DNA from: Patescibacteria group bacterium | Lineage (GTDB): Bacteria; Patescibacteriota; Patescibacteriia; Magasanikbacterales; JBBTQS01 | Length of the DNA: 64,000 nucleotides | Assembly (NCBI GenBank): GCA_038065555.1 | Contig: JBBTQS010000001.1 | Span: 192,741 to 256,740, forward strand | Direction: 5' to 3' | Shown: positions 31,292 to 39,059 of the stretch, piece by piece | Numbering within the stretch: position 1 is the stretch's first letter | Layout: each line of letters begins with the position of its first letter | Notes under the pieces: model-generated | Databases searched by the model: none | Seen by the model: only the letters and a program-made list of their open reading frames with translations | Told to the model about the DNA's origin: nothing | Made by a program: the position numbers and the translations under genes

Positions 31292-31645
31292 TTACTTCTT
31301 TTTCTTGAATCGCACGGAGAACTTGGGCTCGTAGGTATTCTCGTACTCGTCCTTGAGCTCTACTGTCTCACCTTTGGTGTACTGCGTGATAGCAATATCC
31401 GTGAGTAACTCCGCATCAGTCTTGGTATCAAGAGCGAGCGACTCAATTTGCTCGAACTCTTTTCCGAAGTCTTCCATCGTTGCGTTCTCAATCTGCTTTT
31501 TCTTTGCACGCAAATTTGCGATCTTCTCGTTGATGTCTTCGTACTCTTTGTTGCTATGGAGTGCTTCCTTGTACATGGAGACGAGCTGTCGGCGCTTCTT
31601 CGTTGCTCCTTGCATCCGGTCAAAAACTTCTTGTAACTGTGGCAT
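31292..31645 (-). CDS. hypothetical coiled-coil protein
   Basis: Long charged helical ORF. Confidence 0.8.
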   Translation of the reverse strand: MPQLQEVFDRMQGATKKRRQLVSMYKEALHSNKEYEDINEKIANLRAKKKQIENATMEDFGKEFEQIESLALDTKTDAELLTDIAITQYTKGETVELKDEYENTYEPKFSVRFKKKK

Positions 31646-31678
31646 AGTAGTGATCTAAAACAAAGAAGTGGCTTGCGC

Positions 31679-31750
31679 CTACTTCTTTGTTGCTGCCTTT
31701 GGCTTCTTCTTATTTTTGTTCTTCTCACGCGCGTTGTTACCTTTGGCCAT
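31679..31750 (-). CDS. 23-aa Lys-rich small peptide (not in ORF track)
   Basis: MAKGNNAREKNKNKKKPKAATKK; extended -10 TGGTATACT upstream. Confidence 0.6.
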   Translation of the reverse strand: MAKGNNAREKNKNKKKPKAATKK

Positions 31751-31799
31751 AAAGATGTGATTACGTTGTGAACAGTATACCACACTGCGGGCAAGATTT

Positions 31800-32216
31800 T
31801 CACCCCCCTTTAGTCACCCATCCCAACCGCTCCAACAACTCATAGAATCCGTGAATGAGATCCGGCAATGCGTAGCACTCCTCTGGCGTAACCCATGCGT
31901 ACTCAATATGCTCTTCGGGGTTGAGTACCACGTCAATTGGCGCCGCAAGCTGAATCCTGAATGCAGGAAAGTGGAGGATGAACTCCTGAACATCAAATAC
32001 AAATTCACCCAATGACTCCAACTGTTCTTCGATTGCTTGGTAGCCAGTTTCTTCTTGAATTTCACGTAACACTGCTTTGACATCGGACTCACCAGGAACA
32101 ACTTTGCCAGATGCAAGGCACCACGTCCTTGGCTGATCCTTCGCAGGATTCCGGCGCAAAATCAAAAACCTGCCTTGATACGTGAGAAAGCAACCAACCG
32201 TACGAACCGTCTTCAT
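31800..32216 (-). CDS. NUDIX hydrolase
   Basis: GKVVPGESDVKAVLREIQEETG; start MKTVRT. Confidence 0.9.
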   Translation of the reverse strand: MKTVRTVGCFLTYQGRFLILRRNPAKDQPRTWCLASGKVVPGESDVKAVLREIQEETGYQAIEEQLESLGEFVFDVQEFILHFPAFRIQLAAPIDVVLNPEEHIEYAWVTPEECYALPDLIHGFYELLERLGWVTKGG

Positions 32217-32217
32217 A

Positions 32218-32847
32218 CTATTTGTACAACGTACGCAATGCTTCTTTCTGTGCCTTCCCAAACTGTTTGTCCACGGACACGACAGCATACCCGCGCGACA
32301 CAGCTTCCTTTGCTGTCGTTGCACTGTAGTGCGCAACCATCTTTCCAACACACTCGAATGTCACACCTTTCTTGTCCACCAACTTCAACCAATCATTCGG
32401 GCCTGAGTGTACACTGACATCACGGACGAATTGCGCTACATCATGCTTTACGAGGAAGACAGCACGAATATGTTTTGCGCCAAATTTCTTTTGTAGTTTT
32501 TCTACAGTCGTTGGTTCGATGTGATAGCCTTCGATACAATAGTCCACACCATCTTGCAGCGAGCATTCGACAAGCATGCTGATTGCCGCGAATGTCGCGC
32601 GCGCCTGTGTGCGTAGCAGTGCTACAATCTTCACCGACGACAGCTGGTCATAGAACTGTGCATGCGAGAGCTTGCGACGCGCAACGGAATACGGATGTGT
32701 TCTATTCCACGTGCTCTGGGACATGTACTCCCCTGCAATAGTCTCAAGTGTGTCACACGAAATCCACGGAACTCGATGCGTACGTGAGAAGGTTTGTGCC
32801 AGGATTGTTTTACCAACGCGTGGTGGGCCTCCAATAAGATAGATCAT
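32218..32847 (-). CDS. P-loop kinase (2-phosphoglycerate kinase-like)
   Basis: IGGPPRVGKT, IEG motif. Confidence 0.75.
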   Translation of the reverse strand: MIYLIGGPPRVGKTILAQTFSRTHRVPWISCDTLETIAGEYMSQSTWNRTHPYSVARRKLSHAQFYDQLSSVKIVALLRTQARATFAAISMLVECSLQDGVDYCIEGYHIEPTTVEKLQKKFGAKHIRAVFLVKHDVAQFVRDVSVHSGPNDWLKLVDKKGVTFECVGKMVAHYSATTAKEAVSRGYAVVSVDKQFGKAQKEALRTLYK

Positions 32848-32849
32848 AC

Positions 32850-33860
32850 CTACACCGTAAAATCTCCATTCTCGAAAATTACGCGGTCATCCACGGTAAT
32901 ACGCTTGATATCGACAAAAATGTCGATGTGATAGCGGCCTTTTTTGCGATGCATGTTTTCCTTCTTGTAGATCGTGTGCTTGGCGCCGAGGGATAGATGC
33001 AATCCTTTTTGACGTTCAAATGCAGTGATGTCACTCACGAGCGCGTGCTTGCCCATGCCACGCGAAAGTCCGAGACCGAATTCACGCACATACACTTCCT
33101 CGTCAGACTTGATGAGCTCGAGAATATGTTGGAATTCCGCTGGAGCCTCAGGTGCCGTCATGATACCGTCAGTAACTTGCACGAGAAACGGTTCTACAAT
33201 TCTCACACGGTGATCATCCCCTGCATAGCCGAAGATCCGGGCAGTTCCATTCACTTTGGTGAGGTCCTTGGGTTCGCTGAACACTTCGCCGATTGGGAAC
33301 GTGCCTCCCTTGTTCTTCATCTTCGTGTAATCACCGATGTTGAGCTTGCTATCCTCCATTGGGCTCTTGTACTCCAACCGAGTGTCTTCACATTCCACGA
33401 CAATCTCTTGTGCAGGGTCGAGTATCGCCTTGAGCGCATGCCCCCGTCGATGGTAATACTCCTTGTCGTATGACAGCGCCTCGATGTATCGCGCCCACTG
33501 GTCCTCAGGAATACGAGTCAAATGCACATGCTCAATATTCTTGAGCCCACGCGCAAAGAGCTCAATGCGCAATCGAAATTCGTTGAGACGAAAATTCGTA
33601 GACTGCACGAGCACAATCAAGTCCCCTTGTGTCCGCGCATTGAGAGCCTCTCGCACTTGTTCTGGCGTAACCGTTGCGAAATCGACGAACGTCGCAGTTG
33701 GCGCAGCAATGCGATACGCATCAACCATAATTTGCGCGAGTCCTGCTTGCGTATCATAAATCACCAGAATGTGCTCCGTTGGCTGCATGAGCAACGCGTC
33801 CTGGAGAATATCTGCAAGGTGTTTTGCGGCAGCAGCAACAAGTTCTGGATGGGTGCTCAT
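32850..33860 (-). CDS. aminopeptidase T (M29)-like protein
   Basis: FPIGEVF, EFGLG, E..KGLHLSLG, HIDIF. Confidence 0.7.
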   Translation of the reverse strand: MSTHPELVAAAAKHLADILQDALLMQPTEHILVIYDTQAGLAQIMVDAYRIAAPTATFVDFATVTPEQVREALNARTQGDLIVLVQSTNFRLNEFRLRIELFARGLKNIEHVHLTRIPEDQWARYIEALSYDKEYYHRRGHALKAILDPAQEIVVECEDTRLEYKSPMEDSKLNIGDYTKMKNKGGTFPIGEVFSEPKDLTKVNGTARIFGYAGDDHRVRIVEPFLVQVTDGIMTAPEAPAEFQHILELIKSDEEVYVREFGLGLSRGMGKHALVSDITAFERQKGLHLSLGAKHTIYKKENMHRKKGRYHIDIFVDIKRITVDDRVIFENGDFTV

Positions 33861-33937
33861 ACAATGTCTTTATGTACTGCAAAGAGTGCCACATTGGAGC
33901 AGATTTGGCCAGTGGCACTCGATGCGCGTTGACGCAC

Positions 33938-34690
33938 TTACTTCTTTGCCGAATCGCCTCTCATCCCCTCGAAAGCACGCAGTACCTCAAGCGGAACAGC
34001 AAAGACCACAGTGTTGCTCTTGTCCGAGCTGATATCGTTGATTGAATTGAGTGTACGCAGATGCAACGCGCCTGGGGATCCTGCAAGCATTGCTGCTGCG
34101 CGACTCAAATTCTCCGCAGCCAATACTTCACCGCTGCTTTCGATGATCACCGCGCGCTTTTGACGTTCTGCTTCTGCTTGTTTGGCAATGACGCGCTGCA
34201 TTTCTTCAGGGAGGAGAATGTCTTTGAGCTCCACAGACCCTACTTCGATCCCCCAGCTTGTTGCTGTTGCATAGACGTGTGTCTTGATTCGCTCTGCAGC
34301 CACTTCGCGCTTTGCGAGCAACTCGTCGAGCTCCAACTCACCAATCACATTGCGCATGGTTGTCTGCGCCAACTGCATCATTGCGTTCCAGAAGTTCTCC
34401 ACTTCAAGTACCGCCTTGCTCGCATCATTGAGACGATAATAAATCACGGCATTCACCTTTGCCGACACATTATCTTTCGTAATCGCATCCTGATATGGCA
34501 CATCGACCGCCTTCACACGCATGTCCACTTTGCGCATGCTCTGGAAAATCGGAATAATGATGCGCCATCCTGGCTCAACCACACGAGTGAATCGTCCCAT
34601 CGTGAACTTCACACCACGCTCATACTGATCAACCTGACGAATGCTCGCAAGCAATACGATCACGATGATACCGAGAATAATCCACGTCAT
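33938..34690 (-). CDS. SPFH/slipin (band 7) family protein
   Basis: QYERGV, ITKDNV, AQTTMR, QAEAER. Confidence 0.93.
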   Translation of the reverse strand: MTWIILGIIVIVLLASIRQVDQYERGVKFTMGRFTRVVEPGWRIIIPIFQSMRKVDMRVKAVDVPYQDAITKDNVSAKVNAVIYYRLNDASKAVLEVENFWNAMMQLAQTTMRNVIGELELDELLAKREVAAERIKTHVYATATSWGIEVGSVELKDILLPEEMQRVIAKQAEAERQKRAVIIESSGEVLAAENLSRAAAMLAGSPGALHLRTLNSINDISSDKSNTVVFAVPLEVLRAFEGMRGDSAKK

Positions 34691-34700
34691 ATACGATTAA

Positions 34701-35573
34701 TTACGGTTGAAAAAGCTCCTCAGGCATGAACCGAACGGATTGCACTGTCGGAAATTGCATTGCAGTGCCCGCGATCTGCTGCCATAACACTCCAACACGA
34801 CACGCACCTCCTATTGTTTTGTTCTGCGGGTCAGTGAATGAGAGCGTTGCTACACCATCAGTAATGGTAGCGCTCGACAATGCAAAACCAGCAAGTGGAA
34901 ACTCAGTCGTAATTCCCTGCTTCTTCTCTGCATCAGTTAGCTTCCCTTGTAACAGCAACTCAATAGCATTCTTGAGCGGCGTTGGTGACTTGGGAATCGT
35001 GCGCGTAACTGCAACAAGTCCTTTGGCGCTGCACTGCACGCCACCTGGGCCCTGATCCATCGCTGGGTTGTAGTAGAACAGTTTGACTGACGTGGAATTA
35101 CTCGCATCTGGAGTACTTGTGACAGCAAATCGAATCGGAATGCGCAACGCATTATCGTGCTCTGGAAGTCCAGATGGATTGTCCTTCTCCAACACGAGTG
35201 TTCCCGTCTCAGTTGTCGATGTAGCAAATGGAAGCGTCAATGAGAATGGAACAAACGATGTTGTCATCCAATCACTCTGCGCAGTCGCTGGAGCAACTGC
35301 CAACTCGTTCCCATGTGCATCGAGAATTCTCACAGGGAAGGAGGCTTCGAAATACCAATTACCACGCGCCTTACCAGTAATCATCAATGGGCTCGTGACT
35401 ACCGCGTTGATCACTGGCGCATCCACAACAATCAAATCATCCAATCCACTTGGCGTTGTCGTCACAACCTGTCCTGGCTGCTGTTCTCGAGGCTCGACTA
35501 CGAACCACGATACCAACGCCGCTCCAATCAACACCACGAGTACTCCTGCCACTATGAGTGGAGTTCTGTTCAT
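34701..35573 (-). CDS. membrane-anchored Gmad2 Ig-like plus GerMN domain protein
   Basis: GKARGNWYFEASFPV, KDNPSGLPE, GGACRV...TAMQFPTV. Confidence 0.85.
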   Translation of the reverse strand: MNRTPLIVAGVLVVLIGAALVSWFVVEPREQQPGQVVTTTPSGLDDLIVVDAPVINAVVTSPLMITGKARGNWYFEASFPVRILDAHGNELAVAPATAQSDWMTTSFVPFSLTLPFATSTTETGTLVLEKDNPSGLPEHDNALRIPIRFAVTSTPDASNSTSVKLFYYNPAMDQGPGGVQCSAKGLVAVTRTIPKSPTPLKNAIELLLQGKLTDAEKKQGITTEFPLAGFALSSATITDGVATLSFTDPQNKTIGGACRVGVLWQQIAGTAMQFPTVQSVRFMPEELFQP

Positions 35574-35634
35574 ACGAATAAGTATTACAGAGACTAATAC
35601 ATCTACTCTAGCAGAATACAGGAAATAAGGAACC

Positions 35635-36000
35635 TTATACCTCGACCTTGAATCCGCCGTACGTGAGACGCTTCATATCAAAAGGCATGTCGATTTTCTC
35701 TTTGCTGTACTTTTTATCGAAGTGCGCCATGACTTTTTTGTTCACAGCGTCGCGATGCGCGCGCGACTTGAACGTGATGAAGGAGAACCAGACTGTCTCC
35801 CCCTCCTTGAGCTTCGTCAATTTGGAAAAATCCGATGGACCTCTACCTGGCGTAATATCGTCGCCAATACACTCCTTGTAATCAAGCGCGCCGAATTTCA
35901 ACCATGCAGCTCTGCCTTCGCGTGCCATTTTCTTGTACGCTTCAACGTTCTTTGCTGGAATCACAATGACGAAACCGTCGACGTATTTTCCTTTTGTCAT
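35635..36000 (-). CDS. DUF1428 family protein
   Basis: YVDGF, GALDYKEC, MPFDMKRLTYGGF. Confidence 0.92.
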   Translation of the reverse strand: MTKGKYVDGFVIVIPAKNVEAYKKMAREGRAAWLKFGALDYKECIGDDITPGRGPSDFSKLTKLKEGETVWFSFITFKSRAHRDAVNKKVMAHFDKKYSKEKIDMPFDMKRLTYGGFKVEV

Positions 36001-36006
36001 ACAGAT

Positions 36007-36333
36007 TTACTTTGTTAATTTATTATTCTTTTTTGCTCGTCTCTCGAGGATACCGCGCACTGATGGACTTACCGCCTTATCCGTACGATGAATGCATCCA
36101 ATCCAACAACATGGGCGGCGCTTCCCTTTCTTGAGGTCCTCGACAAGACGGTCGATGTGCTCCTTTCTTGTTTCGACTTTCTTCACGGACGTGACCCAAC
36201 AAATCCACTCGTTACGCGCGAGGGGTGTGAGGTTCTCCCATACTGCATGCACGATCCGATCGGCAGCAAGAGCCTCGCGAATATCAGATGTCGCAGCATG
36301 TGCGGTTCCGTTGGAAATTTTTTGTTTGTCCAT
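36007..36333 (-). CDS. YdeI/OmpD-associated family protein
   Basis: LTPLARNEWICWVTSVKKVETR, RRPCCWIGC. Confidence 0.88.
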   Translation of the reverse strand: MDKQKISNGTAHAATSDIREALAADRIVHAVWENLTPLARNEWICWVTSVKKVETRKEHIDRLVEDLKKGKRRPCCWIGCIHRTDKAVSPSVRGILERRAKKNNKLTK

Positions 36334-36393
36334 ACGTTAACTTTCATCTTAGCAAATGGCGGTTTGTGAGGATAGCGAAGTCACAAATAGGTA

Positions 36394-37035
36394 CTACTCC
36401 TCACCAACATTAATCTGTGTCGCAGACAACTCCCAGAGATAATAGTACTCCCTGACCTTGTGTTCTCCCCACGGATTGATGCGCAACCTATGGGAAACAG
36501 TTCGTTCATTTGCATCCCAGATAATTGGCATCATCGCACGATACATTCTGCCCCACTCTATCGTTGCCAACCTTCTGTCGCCATGCTGCCAATGCGCATC
36601 TTCGGTATTATTTTTCCACCAGAACTGATGCAGCGGCTTGGGCAACTCGAAGACCACGAGAAAATTTTCAGGCTTCACCAATTCGTACCCCAATGGATCA
36701 AGGAGCGAATTACCCTCGACACTATCGTATAGGTCATACACTGGCAGCTCCATTCGATGTTCCTTGAGGTACTCACGAATCCGCGGTGACACGGCGGGAT
36801 CACTCAACAGTATGTCCATTGCGTCACTCCATTTTTGGAGCGTCTCAAGCGTCTCATCTTGCCACAGCTCAACACACGCACGCTGTGTAGGCTCGAGAGA
36901 ATCCAAATCTACATGCATGCGAATTGACTTCGCAAGATATTCGCGCTGCGCTTCTGCCTCCGACTGCTCCCACGTTGTCGTGTCGTGGACGTCACTGGGG
37001 TTGCGAAATCTCTCTGGATTGTGATGCTTGGGCAT
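36394..37035 (-). CDS. hypothetical protein
   Basis: 213-aa ORF filling the gap, no recognised motif. Confidence 0.65.
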   Translation of the reverse strand: MPKHHNPERFRNPSDVHDTTTWEQSEAEAQREYLAKSIRMHVDLDSLEPTQRACVELWQDETLETLQKWSDAMDILLSDPAVSPRIREYLKEHRMELPVYDLYDSVEGNSLLDPLGYELVKPENFLVVFELPKPLHQFWWKNNTEDAHWQHGDRRLATIEWGRMYRAMMPIIWDANERTVSHRLRINPWGEHKVREYYYLWELSATQINVGEE

Positions 37036-37158
37036 AGCACAATTATGGCAATGTTCCGACAGGATAATTTGATCATCTATTACTGTACCATTATTCTGTT
37101 TTGAAAACAGCAGACATCAACACATTATTTTGCTCGCCCAGCTGTCCACAGCAAACGT

Positions 37159-37186
37159 TTGACTTTGATATCATCCATGCTAAAGT
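37159..37186 (+). promoter_or_regulatory. sigma70 promoter of putative ncRNA
   Basis: TTGACT-16 bp-TAAAGT with extended TGn. Confidence 0.6.
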
Positions 37187-37192
37187 CTACTT

Positions 37193-37330
37193 GTCGCTTC
37201 CGAAACTAGCGTAGGTGAGGTATACGCTAATAGGTCCGGAAGCGATTACTGAGTGGGCACTTCTCAGGATTCACCTCAGTCCTGAGCCTACTCGTCGAGC
37301 CTCGGCCACAAGCCTTGGCTCTTCTTTTTA
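37193..37330 (+). ncRNA. putative two-domain kissing-loop ncRNA (about 138 nt), family unassigned
   Basis: Four near-perfect stems, complementary loops GGTGAGGTA/CACCTC, terminator hairpin plus TTCTTTTT. Confidence 0.7.
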
Positions 37331-37391
37331 TTACAATAGGAAAAGCACCAACGACGAATCGTTGGTGCCTGTTGAGAGGATCTCTCTCCCG

Positions 37392-37703
37392 TCACATGAA
37401 GAGGTGCACGATCCACCCGAAGAAAAGTGTGATCAGCGGCTTCAGAACAGCCTCCAAGACCATCTTCAGAATGCGCGCGCTGTTGCTCATCTCCTCTTTC
37501 TTGCAGCGGTGCGCATGGTAGGTTAGAAGGTGCACCACCATGGTGAAGCCGATTGCAGGAATGATGTCGAGGGAGGGCACGCCGAAGGTCGGGACAAAGA
37601 ACCACGACCACAGCATGCTCAGAGCGAAGCCATTGAAGATGGAGCCGATGAACGCCAGAATCCAAACGCCGACGTATTCAACGACAACAGAGAACATGGT
37701 CAT
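37392..37703 (-). CDS. small hypothetical membrane protein
   Basis: Hydrophobic segments; SD GGAG; promoter TTGACA-17-TAGGTT at 37781-37809; terminator GCACCAACGA/TCGTTGGTGC. Confidence 0.75.
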   Translation of the reverse strand: MTMFSVVVEYVGVWILAFIGSIFNGFALSMLWSWFFVPTFGVPSLDIIPAIGFTMVVHLLTYHAHRCKKEEMSNSARILKMVLEAVLKPLITLFFGWIVHLFM

Positions 37704-38018
37704 TTGCTATCTCCGCAAGATATTGTGTTATCACGATTCTCTCGTGGTGGACTACTGGATACTACTTCCAATAGTCGTCTAACCTAGCACAATTTGGTGT
37801 GAATGTCAAGAGTTGACCACTCAAATTTGCTTGCTCCACATAGTGGACGACATTAAAACTTATTTTATCACTTCAAATATCTACTTTCATGTCCCCAACC
37901 TTCAGAAAGCCAGCGAGTGATTCACAATTTAGAAAGTTTTGCTACGGTTTCCCATACTAAGTTACTATATTTCAGTGTGCACCGATAGCAGTTTTCATAT
38001 CAAAATTAATGCCCTTAA

Positions 38019-39059
38019 TTAAGTTTTAAGGGCATTAAAGATGTCCATAAATTTAACGTTACCGCTTTTTAGTAGTTCCTCCTGTTTCTCCACATCCTCT
38101 ACCTTAAAGAGATTTTCCATTGTAACCGTAACACTGAGATTCAACGGTGGACGATTTAACACCTCGTTTAACTTATTGATGAGGTGGCTACGAACCGCCG
38201 CTTCTACCTTTTTCTGTTTCAAAAAACGAAGTATTTGATAATACTCGGTAATGTACTTATTGGAACGTGAGCGCTGATTCCAACCAAAATCCTTCGTCAG
38301 TCTCGCAATTTCCAAAAACTTCGCCTTTTCAAACTCACTTTGGTCAAACCCAACATTTTCATTCACTTTCATTGCGTCCATCTGGAATTGCGGTATCAAC
38401 TCTTTACTAAGCTGATACAGACGTTTTAGAAGATAAAATGCCTTACGTCGGCCACCGTAGCCCTTCGGCATATCAATTCGGAGAATCTTTTCCGCAGGAA
38501 TTTTTATTATTTGAACGCGTGTATGTGACTCTCTAGCCTCCCACCAATGGACTAGCTGGTAGTAATTCTTGCCTAGGCGGTAAAGGTAGTAAGGTTGAAG
38601 ATGTTCAAACTCAAAACTCTCAATTTCACCCGCGTCATTTTTCTTATAAATTATCTCGTAAAATGCTACTCCGTCAGAAAAAAGAGAATGTGCGGCTAAC
38701 CTGACAAACTCACAGATTGCATCTTCAAGAAAATATGTGTGGTCTCTTTGAGAAATACCACTGGCAATCATTCGCTTTTTTGGAGTTGAAACCGCTGGCT
38801 CAATACGTGCTGGATACTTTTCTCTTTCACCGCGATAAATCATAAAAGGCATAATGCCTGTATACATATCCTCTACAAACATATGTGAATCCCCGTGATC
38901 GGGATATACTTTCCTGCGATACCGTCCTGTTATCCGAGCGGACAGTTGGTTACTGTCGCGTGGGCGTAAATACCACGGTTGCACCCAATGATTCAGAAAA
39001 AGCGGGTCTTTCAAAAAAGACCCGAGGAACTCTTTTCCTTTCTTAATATAGTTATTCAT
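38019..39059 (-). CDS. hypothetical protein (island)
   Basis: Start MNNYIKK overlaps upstream stop (ATGAATAA). Confidence 0.8.
   Translation of the reverse strand: MNNYIKKGKEFLGSFLKDPLFLNHWVQPWYLRPRDSNQLSARITGRYRRKVYPDHGDSHMFVEDMYTGIMPFMIYRGEREKYPARIEPAVSTPKKRMIASGISQRDHTYFLEDAICEFVRLAAHSLFSDGVAFYEIIYKKNDAGEIESFEFEHLQPYYLYRLGKNYYQLVHWWEARESHTRVQIIKIPAEKILRIDMPKGYGGRRKAFYLLKRLYQLSKELIPQFQMDAMKVNENVGFDQSEFEKAKFLEIARLTKDFGWNQRSRSNKYITEYYQILRFLKQKKVEAAVRSHLINKLNEVLNRPPLNLSVTVTMENLFKVEDVEKQEELLKSGNVKFMDIFNALKT

Noticed and set aside
37231-37246. AGGTCCGGAAG resembles the SRP RNA domain IV core
   Set aside because: The required GGA-AGCAG continuation is missing and these bases pair in stem P1 instead
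37215-37526. 103-aa ORF overlapping the ncRNA
   Set aside because: Starts inside a hairpin loop, runs through two terminators and overlaps the opposite-strand gene
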